Below the pieces are notes generated by a model, which saw nothing but the letters and a program-made list of their open reading frames with translations, had not been told where the DNA came from and did no database searches. Below, piece by piece: positions 23,771-36,849 of a DNA stretch of 64,000 nucleotides. The number at the start of each line of letters is the position of its first letter. Positions within the stretch are counted from its first letter, which is position 1. Position numbers and translations under genes: made by a program. Source of the stretch: Heptranchias perlo (taxonomy: Eukaryota); contig NC_090337.1 in NCBI RefSeq assembly GCF_035084215.1, positions 27,528,001-27,592,000 of the forward strand. The letters run 5' to 3'.

Positions 23771-25261
23771 ATGTTAGTGTGTTTGTATTTTGGATTTGAT
23801 AATTTAAATAGGTACTTAGGAATAACTTTTTATTTTAAATTTGTGCTTTATGGCTCTGCTGATTTTGGAAGCAATATAGATGAAACAACACAAGACAAAA
23901 GTTCTGGACATTTCACTAAACTTGTATGCAGTGTCAGTACTACTCATTATGTATTTTTGTAGTTTTGTAATCCTTTGTAATCCAATTGATTTTTCTTTTA
24001 CATTTTATTTTTGTCCAGAATCCAAATTCAATTTTAGGCTTTTCAAATATTTGTTTTTGTATTTGCTGTCATTTGATCATGTTTTAGACAAATTCACAAG
24101 CAAATTAAATAATCAGAATTCACTTTACTGCTAATGTTACAATATTCGGTTTAAAAATGTACACAGATAAGATATTTAACAATGATTTTTGTTTGGTGCC
24201 AATATGGATTAGATTTACAAAATCCAGCTTGTCCCACTTGAAGACTCCAAAGTAAGCCTTGAGCTTTTATCGTGATAAATACAAGCAGCCCTTGCCACAG
24301 CAGGATTCCAGGCTTTTGAATCATTACATACATATCAGCATGTAACAACATGAGACAACATATACAAATACTTCAACATACATGTATAACTGTGATGTAT
24401 AAAATGTCTGCAGTACAGTTGCACCAATTCTACACTGAAGCTAGATTACACATACATTGAATGCACAACCAAGCATAAAAAATAAACACGATTCCTCTTA
24501 AAACCATGAGATCCCTTTTGAAAAATGATTGATCCCCTATATATATATAATAAATTTGTTTGACTCAATATATCTTCATTAGTTTTGTACATTTACATCA
24601 GACAGACAACACAAAAATTGTTGCATAATAATAGAAATGTTAAAATAACAGAGGAATCTGAGCTAACAGAAATCTGAGCTTTAACGGACATTTTGTGCTG
24701 AACATTCTAAAATGATACATTGTAATCAAAACTTGTACAAATCATCGCTATGATTACATTTGAATTGTTTAACAATACAGTTACCATACAACTAAAATAG
24801 ATGATGGTAAGTGATGCTGAATTTTAATAACATTCATCTCCTGCCAGATATAATCATAAGCCTGTTTGTAACAAGTAAAATACCAGAGAGACATCTGCCA
24901 CTTTATACTTCACATAGTAAGGATAAACACTGTTATGCAAATAAGAGTAGTTTGGTCAGTGCCTGCTAGTTTACCCTGTTTTGTTTGGGGATGAGTGACA
25001 ATAAGTTAGAATATAACTGCTAGGTATTTAAAATTTCTCTGTTGAATTTAGGCCTATAATTTGGACATTTATGAAGCCAAAATCCAGTCTAAAAATGCAG
25101 GTTGGCACAAGAGCATCCTTAGAGTACGTGGGGACACAGACAAACGTCTCATCCCATAAAATTAGAATAAAAGTATTTTTGTTACTGTGACCCCATACAC
25201 ATATAGCAGCTGGTCTCCTATCTTCCACCATTGTAATTGGAATATAAACGTGGAATACAGT

Positions 25262-25395
25262 ACATAAGAACATAAGAAATAGGAGCAGGAGTAGGCCATA
25301 CAGCCCCTCAAGCCTGCTCCGCCATTCACAAGATTATGGCTGATCTTCTACCTCAACTGCACTTTCCTGCCCGATCCCTATATCCCATGATTCCC
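25262..25395 (-). mobile_element. CR1/HE1 3' end
   Basis: cataagaacataagaaataggagcaggagtaggcc terminus. Confidence 0.85.
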
Positions 25396-25917
25396 AGTAA
25401 ATGATGGCAGATGCATTGAGACATTTGTTGCAATGTACACACCAAAGTCATAAGACATAGAGTTGGTACTCATCATTCAGTTCAGTATAAAAGTAGCATT
25501 AATATGAACTTTCTCTTTTCTTTTTAGCCTCGCCTCACACTTTCTCTCCCTTCACATTCCACCTGGCTTTGGGATTTGCCAATGCTCCGGCCACCTCCCC
25601 GCTCCCTGCCCCTATTGTTTCACTCTCCAGCAAGAGATTACTAGAGGCAAGGCTAACCAGGCATCCATTGCATGAGTGAATGTGTTGTATCAAAACTATA
25701 GAGATCATAGTTTTAATAAAATATTTCACTTTCCTTATGAGTTTTGGGATAGCCCTGCCGCCTTAGCATTCTCTGCATTTTTCGCTGCTGTCCTTCAGTA
25801 GGCAATAAGAGAAAAAAACATCAGACTGCAAAACTGGAACGACTACGCAGTTCCTTCAAGCAGGACAAATGAAATTCATAACCACCGGGCAATCTGGGAT
25901 ATTTGAGAGATCTTGTC

Positions 25918-26154
25918 TTAGAAATTTGCCTTAGATGCTGTAGGACATGCAATTGATTGCCTAGTTATAAGTGTTAGGAAAGGTGACCAGGATTTGTTAA
26001 GTTTGTCTAGCTGTGGTTCCAGAAATGTCTGGGCGTAGCATTCTTCGCAAGTGTCAATGACATGTAAGATCAGACCTTTCAATTGATCAATACTCTTTCC
26101 TGGATAATTGAAAAGTGCAAAAACTTTACTTTGGGGTAACCACATGAAAGGACC
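25918..26154 (-). CDS. Candidate orphan terminal exon / small ORF (GPFMWLPQSKV...ASKANF-stop), unassigned
   Basis: T-rich acceptor tttgtttttaaaattatttttag at 26155; only phase 0 stays open (78 codons); no recognised homology. Confidence 0.3.
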   Translation of the reverse strand, partial: GPFMWLPQSKVFALFNYPGKSIDQLKGLILHVIDTCEECYAQTFLEPQLDKLNKSWSPFLTLITRQSIACPTASKANF

Positions 26155-27995
26155 CTAAAAATAATTTTAAAAACAAAGAGAGATGTACAATCAAGTCTAC
26201 TTGTTTTCAATTCAGATGTATGAATTTCCTGGGCTGCACATAAATAATTCATCTGATAATCGTGTATAGAAGAAAACTTCAGTCTTCATCCCAATTAAAT
26301 TACAGTATTCAAAATAACAGGAATATTGCAATCCTCACTATAGGCAAAAACTCTCTACAGGATTTTAGTCCATGCTAAGAAGCACTGATAAGCATTAGTG
26401 CCATTGAAATAAAACACAAATTAACAAGCTGGCTTGTATGTAACTATTTTTGAGAGGTACAACATAACAAGTTGCTATTACATACAAGAAGGCTTAATTG
26501 TTTTTGCTAAACGTTGTTTTTTAAAATAATTTTAATATAGACAGCAAACTTTAATATAATCCAATCATTTGGTAAAATGGGTGTATATATTCAGGATATG
26601 TTCTGGATTATATATTTGTCCTTCTCTCCTTTCTTTTCCGATCTCCCACCCTTTTCATTTCATCACATATATAAAACTCCCTTTTCTCTCTATAGTTCAG
26701 AACTGTAACCTGTACATTTGGGACATGCAGTATGTGATCTGCCTCATCGCACACCAGGGAAAATGGAGCCTTAACTAGATTTTCATTTACTTAGAATATT
26801 ATGAATTTCTCTCTTCCCTGAGACAGATTTTCACCAATGAGGTCAGACGAGAATACAAGGTTTTAACTTTGCAGCGATGCTAAAGTTGCAGCATAACTCA
26901 GGAGTTAGAGCTTAATCTGCTTCCATGGCCCAGTGGTATAAGAACATCTGGTGGAAGTAATCCTATGCCATTCGGGTTCGAGTATAACCCCAGTGTTTAA
27001 AAAGAAGACAATGAGCCCTTGCACTTTCTGGACACTTTTTAAACTTACCTAAAGTTGATTTAAATGTTTAGAGAATGTAGACATTCCCACCCAGGTTCTC
27101 AAAACATTTAAATTGTAATGGCCAGGAGCAGAACTGTGCACATATCTTTAACAACACATGTAAAGGGCCCTTTTTGAGTCAGAGAATTCCAGCTGGAGAT
27201 CGGCAGTATAAATAAGGTACTGCCTGACTGGAACTGATAATGGAACTACTGGTGGCAGATTACTAGCTACAGTATAAATGCATCATTAAAGTCGTGGGCA
27301 GAAATAACATTATAAAGGACTAAAACCCTGTAGGGACCACCCATAGCAGTATTGATTAATAGGAGAAACCGCCACAGAAGTTGAGAAATTTTGAAGCTAA
27401 GACTAGGCCTAAGTGCTAAGTCCAATATTGGTAGTGCTTACAAACAATGGAAAATTTCAAGGAACTTGAAGTACTATTGATGAATTTATGTAGCTAAGTA
27501 TCCCAAAATTCATTAAGCATATGTCATTATGACAGAAGAGAGTGAATAAAAGGTACTACCACAGCACAGTGTGCTGCTCTATTAATATATACAAAATCCG
27601 TACCACTTGATTGAGACAAAGAGCATCCTGATTCAAAGTACTTTGCAGAAGCATCCAAATGCCAAGTTATTGCTACACTTACCAAAGCCGAATTCTAAGG
27701 CAAGAGAAACTTTACAGTGACCAGGTTTTCAATCCAAAATTATCTACCTATACATGCCTAAGTTGTGAAGGTCCAGAATGGGCTAGGAAATGGATTGTAT
27801 ATTTGGATATCAACCTTTCTGTTAGTCTTCCTGTTAAATCTTTTAGTACAATGGGCTATCTTAATTAAGAGCTAAAAGAAACATTCTTTGCTAATTGACA
27901 ATGAGGTTCAAATATAAATGCGAATCCATGAGAAAAGGTGGATCAACCTTATAAAATTCTTTGACGAAATAACAGAGAGGGATAAAGGAAATAAT

Positions 27996-28723
27996 GGGCC
28001 GAATTTTCCTGTGAAAATAATGACGAGGCTAACAGTGCTCACCATTATTTCTGTGCATCTGGTACAGCAACACATGCGCAGTCAAACGCAGAAATCCGCA
28101 AGTTACTGTGCCAGATGCGACCCAGCTCTGTAAATTCCGTGAGAACGACTTCTCGCTAGCTGGCTCTCCATTCAAATGAATGGAACGACGTGAAGTTCCT
28201 GCTTTGACCTGATGAATATGACCTAATCTCGCCAAAAAAGGTACATCATGTAATTTTAAGTGTAAGCACACTTTTGACAGCTTGGTAAGTCTTAATTGCT
28301 GCCAAACAACCTCTCTTGCACTGAAAATTAACTTTTTCAAGTCTCATTCCTTCAGATTTTAATTATTTTTTTACTTTTTCTTTCTGTCTCTTTTATATCT
28401 GTCTCTTAATTCAATATTTCTTACTTTCTTTTTATTTCAATTTCTGTACTTGATTTGACATTGAAGTCACTATTCTAACTTACACTTCCTGGTTCTGACT
28501 GTGTGCTGCTTATTAACATGCTTCAATCTGATTGGTTAAAGGGATACACAGCTGCTTGCCCTGATCACACAGTTCCCAGATGCCCGGGAGAGGGTGCTGT
28601 GCTGGATCGAGTGCCCCATGAGAGGAACTTGCTGTGCAAAAGCCCATGAAAAGTCTCTGGGCAAGTGAAAGTCTAACAAACGGCTGGCGACGTTCGTTTG
28701 CCGCTCACAGTAAAATCCGGCCC
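27996..28723. mobile_element. Harbinger-type MITE inserted in CR1
   Basis: TIRs gggccgaattttcctgtga / tcacagtaaaatccggccc, with at on both flanks; interrupts collinear CR1. Confidence 0.75.
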
Positions 28724-28765
28724 ATAGTGAATGTGGTTATACGGTTTTTCAGATGCATCTGATAA

Positions 28766-29172
28766 CATAGGAACATAGGAACAGGAGTAGGCCATTCAGC
28801 CCCTCGTGCCTGCTCCGCCATTTGATAAGATCATGGCTGATCTGTGTTCTAACTCCATATACCTGCCTTTGGCCCATATCCCTGAATATCTTTGGTTGCC
28901 AAAAAGCTATCTATCTCAGATTTAAATTTAGCAATTGAGCTAGTATCAATTGCCATTTGCAGAAGAGAGTTCCAAACTTCTACAACCCTTTGTGTGTAGA
29001 AATGTTTTCTAATCTCGCTCCTGAACGGTCTGGCTCTAATTTTTAGACTGTGCCCCCTACTCCTAGAATCCCCAACCAGCGGAAATAGTTTCTCTCTATC
29101 CACCCTATCTGTTCCCCTTAATATCTTATAAACTTCGATCAGATCACCCCTTAACCTTCGAAACTCGAGAGA
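28766..29172 (-). mobile_element. Younger CR1 3' fragment nested in older CR1
   Basis: YSLEFRRLRGDLIEVYKIL..FYTQRVVEVWNSL open frame; cataggaacatagg tail. Confidence 0.9.
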
Positions 29173-31909
29173 ATACAGAGAATACAGAATAAGACTCTTA
29201 TGGCATAGATAATGGCACATGGAATTAAAGGAATATGGTCAAATGGATAGAGAGATGGTTAAAAGACAGAAAGCAAAGGTTGGAGTAAAAGGAAGTTTCT
29301 TGGACTGAAAAGATGTGGTGAGTGGTGTTACACATGGGTCTGTGTTGGGGAAGCTCTTATTTACAATTATCATATTTCATGATTTTTTACCATCTTTCCA
29401 CGGAAAGGATTTGGATATGTTAAAGTGTTACATTTAAATTAAAGCAGTTTCACAAAAGTTTAAAATGCACCTCACTGCCACCTTCTGGGAGAAAGAGAGA
29501 ATTGCTGCCCACGACGATCGGGAGAATGGGGACAGCAGGGGGTGGAGGCGTGCTATCTCGTCTCGGATGGTCCCAGCAAACATTCATACGTTGGAGGGGC
29601 TGGAATGTCCTTTCCTGTTGAGCCTGGCATGGAACTAGTTTCAAAGGGGTGGGTAAGGTCGCAAGGATCAGTAATCACTCCCCCAACTTCTTGTGGGACA
29701 GGGAACAAAAGAATATAAACCTACTTGTTGGAGTTCAAGTGGTAAGGTCTGTTGGGAGAGAGGCAAGTAAGACCCAAGCAGGCTACCTTAAGCCCAGTAT
29801 ACACCTTGGTCTGATTCAATGCTAAGACTGACCAAAAACAAATATACTTAGCCCACTAACTGGGACACAGTGATGTGGTTTATTATTTTCCTTATTTATA
29901 AGAAAGGAACACTTTAAATAGTAAGATTTTAAAATGGAGCAGAAGAGCAGAGAGACTTTGATGTAGAGATACACAGGTCATTGAAGCTGGCAGCATAAGC
30001 AAGTAAGACCATAATAAAAACAAACAGAATCACTAGTTATGAATTGAGAGGCATAGAACACAAAAACAAGGATGAAATATTGAACTAGTACAGGATCTTG
30101 GATAGGTTACAGTTCTCTAACTATATTGTGTAGAATTTTTTTCTTCCAATTCTAAGGGTGCAAAGAAAAGGTGCAGCATGGATTCACTAGAATGTTGAGA
30201 AGTTTGAGCTTTTTTCACTAAAACTGAGAAAGTTAGGGGAGGAGCAAATCGAGATTAGGAAGGATTATGATAAGATAAATAATGATAGATTATTTTCACT
30301 GCTCAGCAAATGGTAACAAGAAGATACAAATTTAATATTCACATAAAACAACAAAAGGGGAGGTTAAAAAAAATATCTTTACCAAAAGTTGGAACTCTCT
30401 AGCTCAAACCATAATTTAAGCAGAGTTCATAAATTATTTTAAAGGGGAATTTGACAGTTGCTTGAAAAAGAGAAACATTAAAGGATGTGGGAATGAATAA
30501 GAGAATGAGATTATACTAGGTCACTTGTGCAGAAAACCACTGGTGCAGACTTGATGGGCTGGAAAGACTGTTTCTGTGCTGTAACATTCAATGATTTTAT
30601 GATTCAAAGGTAGATGGGCTCAGAACTCTGTCACATGCTCAATGTTGCAGTCAGAGTAGTATCACTATGTATGACCCTTAGACTATCAAATGCTGCATTG
30701 GATCGTGAGAAAAACAGAAGTCACATTGTGCCTAATCCCCTCAGAGCAAGGCACCAGTGATAGATACTCAGAGACATAAAAAAGTGTTATAAATGGAATG
30801 TGTCAATGTGTAAACTAATAAAGGATTCGTCAAAGGCCTTCGTATTCACAGTCTGTAAATTTAACTCTGTGATATCTACTAGTGTTAGGGCATTAAAAGA
30901 TCATAGTATTTTCTGATGAAATAATTGCAGCTACAATAATCTTAGAGCTATCCAGACATCTATCCTTATACAGTTCATCTAAGTAAAAACGAGAGATGCC
31001 TTTTTTTTAAACCATGCTATTCCCACTCTCATTTGACTACATATAGACAGAAGGATAAAGAACACACCATCTATGCATTGGTTTTTCCAACCCAAAACAT
31101 ACCCCTCTCTGTTTTCTCTTCTGGTTTAGAAGCATTGACATTGAGCAAGTAATGATCAGTTTAATAATTTAACCTGAAGAAAATTGGTACACTTTGGTAT
31201 CCTCCTCAATGAGAACCTAAATTCGAGCTGAAAAGTTAAAACTGGAAAGTTCAAAGAAAGAATTTTAAAATGCTCAGACCATGTTGTACTCACCTCTTTA
31301 TTTAGAAGCATTATAATATCAGGCACAATTGCTATCCTCTGACAAGTAACTCTCTGGAACCTGTTTTGTGTACATAACAAGCAACACTGCATTTCAACAA
31401 TGATTCATTGGGTGAAGCGGTTTGAGACATTTTGTTATGACAGGGTGCTCTATGAATACAAGTATTATTATTTATTTTTATTAATTAACAAAATGAATGT
31501 GAAAATTTCTTTCCAGGCTGCCTCACTTCCTAGTTTTGTTGGATTTATGCAGAGAGAGCATGTACAGAAGCTGATTTAAGTTTCCGAATTTGTGGTTTCA
31601 GGAAGGCCTTGACCATCACCAGTCGGGAAAAGCTAATGATATATCAACTAGTGGTTTCCATCCCTAGCAGCAGGTGGAATTAAGCAGATAGGGCTGTAGT
31701 TTCCTCTGTGGTAAGATTTAATGAGAAGTAAATGTGAGTAAATAGATAAGCAAGACCAGTAGTGTGATTTTCTTCCATTATATTTTACACTCAGAGTCTT
31801 GTTGCCAAACTAAAATTAGCCCACTAAGAAGAAAAAAAAAACTTGTTTAGAAGTATTAGTCCTTGTTAAAGAAGTTCTACTTAGAGTGGGATAAATACAG
31901 ACACTGAAA

Positions 31910-32094
31910 CCCTAATTTTAACATCACTATTTGGGCAGGAAACATGCGGGATCAGACTAGCCGCTCATTTTACACCCCTCACAATTTTGCTCCCCATTGA
32001 AGTGAATGCAGAGTAAAATCGGGCGGGGTGTAAAACGGGTGTTCGACATAATCCCACCTGTTTCCTGCCCATCGGGTTAGGTTAAAATGATCCC
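31910..32094. mobile_element. Short palindromic Harbinger-type MITE
   Basis: Nested inverted arms (ttttaac/gttaaaa, gggcaggaaaca/tgtttcctgccc, ttttacacccc/ggggtgtaaaa) around a ccattgaagtgaatg centre. Confidence 0.7.
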
Positions 32095-33237
32095 GAGTTC
32101 ATTAAGCACAGTCATATTTTTAAATGTTTTTCAAAGAAAGGGCAAGATGTTGAGATTTAAACAGAGCATTAACAAAAGTGGTGGTGCATATAGGGAAGTC
32201 AGAAGATGTGCCAATATCTCACTAATTAACTCAATTTATGCTGGCAAGGCTAACCCAACTTCTACTAGTATCCGTGACCTAAACCCTTGTACCAGCAGCC
32301 CTGACCTAACTCCCTCTGCCACTCCTGACTCCAATGCAACTCGCAGTAGTAGCTCACACACTCAAATGAATGAACTTCCAACTGACAAGTTCACCACTTT
32401 CAGTATGGAGGCAATTGACATATCTATATTAAAAATCTTGCATATAGCATGCATTTCCTGTAAATGTCACGTACTTCCTCCCACACATTAGCCAACACAC
32501 TTCAGAGATCATACTTTTCTGTATTCTATGACTTGACATTAGCAATACCACGGGAGATCTACTAGTATGGAAAGTAACTTATAAATGTCAGTGTTTTTAA
32601 GATATAGATGAAATGATGGCAAATAAAATACTGACACACTGAAATGAATAAATTCATGCTGATAAGGCAGCCACAAATTCTTTCATTTCATTCTGAGTAC
32701 TTCATTTATTTCATTCATATCTTAGAACTGCTAACACTTATAACTTCATTTAAGTCTGTGAGCTGCCACTGGACGTTGGATTGCCAGCGATATACCGCAT
32801 AATGAGTTAGGAAATATTGCCTCCACCAAGTCAGGCAGAAATTTGCTAATGCGGGTAAAAAACAGCAGAAATAATCTCTAGCTGTAAAACAATATATTTC
32901 TCATATTATAAAAAATTAAGTACAAAGCAAATAGAAAGTAACATAGGAGGAAACCATGCACTGCTTCCTGAGTCTGTGGTCAGCAGAAAAGACTGCTATG
33001 CATTGCTGTGGCTGATTTTTATAAGGTTGGCTCCAGATGTCTAATTCCTTATGATTTCACTGCCTCCTATGTCTCACAGGTACTTGTCTGATACTAGAGT
33101 GGGATGAGAAAACTTGATAAGAGAAAAAAATGTTACTGGAAGAGTGGATTGGTGTGCCAACATGCTACATTGTGGTTGCACTTTTCCCATATGCAAGTTC
33201 CAAGCTGGATCACTGGAGGGGTTAGTGAGTAGGGACC

Positions 33238-33766
33238 AGGGCCTGGATTTTAACATGGAGCCAGGAAGAGAGCGGGGGGTGGGGAAGTTTATCAGACACG
33301 AAACCCACAAGTGAAGTTGGCGGGTCGGAATCTGCGATCGCGACCTAATTGAAGAATAAAAATGTTACTTCCCGGTTTCGTGCCCGGCAACCAGCCTGAT
33401 TGACAAACTGGTTGGCTGTCAGGCGTGAAGGCCTGCAGTTGCAGGCCGCAGCCGGAGATTGGAGAGGAGAGAGGGAGGGAGTGATCGTGGGCTGTGGAGA
33501 AGATTGGGGTGGAGGGGGCGGAGGGGCAAGAGTTGGTGATCGGACCGTTGGAAGAGATGGTCTCGCACATCGGGGGGCGGGGGGGGCGGTCAGCCGTTCG
33601 CGGGGGTCAGATTGTGACAGGTAAGCATATTGGGCCTGGAAAAAACACTCCTGCCCTTCCTGGCCCACAAGTAGTACAATAAGGGCACTCACCTGATGAT
33701 CCAGCCCTTCTCATCTTTCACCCGGCCTCAACCTACCCGTTCTTGGGGGTTAAAACTCCCCCCCCC
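33238..33766. mobile_element. GC-rich Harbinger-type non-autonomous element
   Basis: ggattttaac / gttaaaactcccc ends; right end cctacccgttcttgggggttaaaa shared with the 56479-57343 copy. Confidence 0.7.
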
Positions 33767-34794
33767 AGGTCACAGGCAGGCAGGAAAAAAATGACAGGCA
33801 GATCACTTCTGGACTACTCGTGCATCTCCTAGTTTTTGGTTTCAGGGTATTGATAGAGGCCAGGACGCAAGACCTCTTTGCTCGGGAATGGAACAGAGCT
33901 CCTGGAAAGGAAACTAAATTAAGGGAGGAAACATTTTTTTTTAAAGTTACAATTTTGCTATTCAAGGGGCACTGTCTTTATGAAAAAAAAATTGGCAATT
34001 TTTTCCTTCACACAACAGAAAGGTGTAAATCCTGTCAAAATGTATCATTCCCTTCATGCACATGTGACATCATTATAAGAAAACTGACACATTGCTGCTC
34101 TGGCTCTTCTCACTCTTCAACAAATCAGAAGTTTAACAAACCCCTTTTTCTGGAGTGGATGAATTTTCATCCTGAATTTTGGATGAGAAGTTTCCAAGCA
34201 ATTAGCAAAATAAACTCAAAAATTTGCTCCCTGGTGGAGTTCAGAAGCAGGGTTCAGTGTTTAGGAAATTAATATCAACATTAAAGCAAAGAGCAAGATT
34301 TTGACACAATTACTTCTATTGGCATCAAAAATATTGGTTGGAATAAGCCTCAAGTCCAAAGCCTTTAAAAAACTCTCCTTTGTTTCATATATCTATATTT
34401 TTTCATATATTTTACTTTTGCTTCATCACAGAAGCTCTTCAGTGTTTGCTTCTGGCATAGCTCAGACTCTGAAATATTAAGAGAAAATTGCAGAGCATGA
34501 CTATAAACTGCCAGATGCCTCAAGTTGAAAGAGAAATGCAGTACATTCATTCACAACCCGTGCTGCATCTTTATCTTTGTCACATTATCAAAAAGTGTTT
34601 TCTTGGAATTTTTCAACAATAGCTAGATTAAAAATTTTACCTTTCTTGGAGGTTAAGAAAACAACTCCACTTTGTGAGAAAACATTTTTAGACTCTGAAT
34701 CCTAATTAAACACTGACTGCAGTAACTGACACTCTGATCACCAGAGATGAGTCTTTCTATATCTACTTCACCTTAACATGATCATGAAACACTA

Positions 34795-35570
34795 TGACCC
34801 CGATATTTACGGGGAGGCGGGGAGGGAGTAGAGGCATGTGTCAGGGGTCGGGAAGACCAGAAATCCCGGGAAGGCGGAGGTCCTCCACATTTATGGCAGG
34901 ACCTCATTAGAATTTTTTTACTCCGTTTCCTGGCCGGCAGCTGGCCAGATTGAAGACTGGCTGGCTGCCGGGTGGGAAAGCCTGCTGTGGAAGGCAGCAG
35001 CCGGGGACCACTGGGGATGGTCCCCGGCAATCCAGAAGATCGGGGATCATGGGGGGGAGGGGCTTGGAACGCGGCAGCGAGGAGGGAGGGAGGGAGGGAA
35101 GAGATCACGGGGAGGTCTGAAGATTGCGGGTCGTGGGGGGGTCTGAAGATCGCAGGGGGCAATCAGTCGATCGTGGGGTGGGAGAGACTGCAGCAGAAGG
35201 TGAGCTTGAGGGGCCGGGGGTAGCACTCGTGTTTCTCCTGGCCCACAAGCAGTGCTGGAAAAGCTATTTGCTGGATCTGGCAGCTCCCGCCTCCCTTCAG
35301 CTGCTGGGTTTCCCGAGTCCTGGGAAACCCGGACTGCAGCCGTTAAATTTAAATTGCTGCCAAAATCTGAGGAACAGAGCCTCATTTAAATATTATAATC
35401 ACCGACCCGCCTCTCCAGAGCGGGTTACTCAGACGCCCCCAAACCCACCGCGGTAAAACCGGAAGCAGGCGTGTTCGCAGCAGATTGGGGTCAGGTTTCA
35501 CATTATTGGCAATTTAAACCTCCCCGCCCACCGACCCTCTCCCGCCTGTCGTGGGGGGTTAAAATTGCCC
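34795..35570. mobile_element. GC-rich Harbinger-type non-autonomous element
   Basis: CpG-rich, internal ctgaagat-gc-ggg repeats, ggggttaaaattgccc end, shared internal hairpin motif. Confidence 0.7.
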
Positions 35571-35627
35571 TTATGTTTTCTTGCATGGTTTGTCCAAACT
35601 TTATGTTAAAACATAATTTTCCTGTCT

Positions 35628-35633
35628 TTTATT
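35628..35633 (-). terminator. Candidate polyadenylation signal for the MCF2L-family gene
   Basis: tttatt on + strand at the end of the unique UTR-like stretch. Confidence 0.4.
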
Positions 35634-36748
35634 CACTAGTAGTCATAAATTAACTGATATCCCCCCTATATTTGACCCATCCTTATCATAAAAAAAACAC
35701 TTCTTACACAAATTGATATCTGCCTCCTTTCAAGGTACATAAAACATTTCACACCAATCAGTCCTATACTTTAGGAGGTCCACTATGCGTTTGAAGATTG
35801 TTGAAACATTCTTTTGCAAGTATAAATATCTTGAGTGGTCCAAATATCAATAAAATACAATTACAGCATGCAACCTGGACCAACATACAGCTTTCATATA
35901 GCACTTTAAACTGAAGTATCAGCAACATTCTGCAACACCTTTTACCAGCCACATTGGTTTGCCTATATTTCATGCCAATCTTTATATAATCCATGTTTTT
36001 CCCACAGTAGTTGTCTCAAGGAAGCAGCTAAAGGTCACTGCTAATAAAGCAGATGTTGATAAAAAGAAAATGCAATCATTTTACATGAGTAAAGGACTGC
36101 TGTTTTTCCCTGCAGATCAGAAACCATTTCCTGAGAACATTATCTTTTCAAATGGCATTAGCAATCTCAATCTCAGTGGAGCAATAGTGAGTGCATAGCC
36201 TCTTTTCTTGACATCTTTGTACATGCTCACATCTTGTTGATGGGCAATTTCCACTGGCAACCAGGGTTTAGATGTCATATAATGATTAGTGGCCAGTTGA
36301 ATAAGGTTGCTTGTATGCTTGTGGAAACAGATGGGAATAGAGCTAAAAGCATGAAATACTGGTTTGGTTAGTCACGACATGCCAAGGAGCTTGTATTCAG
36401 TTTTTAATTAATGCTGTCTGAACTGTATTTAATATGGTCTGTTCCATCAAACAACGTTGGTAACCAGAGAGCCAAAAGGTTCCGCAAAAACAGAATTGGA
36501 TATGTGTTCAAAACCTGGCCCTTGCTAATGCTCATTCTATTATACCATTGAGGAGCATTTGTTATGAACAAATGAACCCATTACAAACAAAGAAACTCAA
36601 TTCTTTATACACAACTACACGATTCTTCAGCAGTAAGGAGTACTTTCCCACTTCATGTGCCCAGCTACTGAAGTGTCCTAAGGACCATGATTGTTGTAGG
36701 CCTGATTGAAGCCTGAAGTTTGAGAGATGATTTAGGGAAGCAACAAGT

Positions 36749-36849
36749 TCAGCTCTCAGTCCTGGTCCCTGAGGTATAGCTTCTCATGTGCACACTCTCC
36801 TTATCTTCACTGTCAGCAAGTGCTGCTGTGCACATATCGCTGTAAAAAT
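36749..36849 (-). CDS. MCF2L2: MCF2L-family terminal coding exon (D-FYSDMCTAALADSEDKESVHMRSYTSGTRTES-stop)
   Basis: ttatttcag acceptor at 36850-36852, phase 1 fits the previous exon, TGA at 36749-36751, followed by ~1.1 kb UTR-like unique sequence. Confidence 0.72.

Larger units (their letters stand above)
27945..30605 (+). mobile_element. Old CR1 LINE fragmented by nested insertions
   Basis: NLIKFFDEIT (27945) continues at 28724, 29190-29370 and 29900-30605 up to the ttctgtgctgtaac..atgattttatga tail. Confidence 0.7.

Noticed and set aside
33292-35456. Many 60-126 aa Gly/Pro/Arg-rich ORFs (similar ones at 21079-21582 and 56477-57043)
   Set aside because: They lie within GC-rich non-autonomous elements where stops are rare; no domain motifs.
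17500-35600. Remnants of F7/F10/PROZ/PCID2/CUL4 paralogs between the two genes
   Set aside because: No Gla, EGF, serine-protease or cullin motifs seen; a tBLASTn search would be needed to exclude decayed exons.
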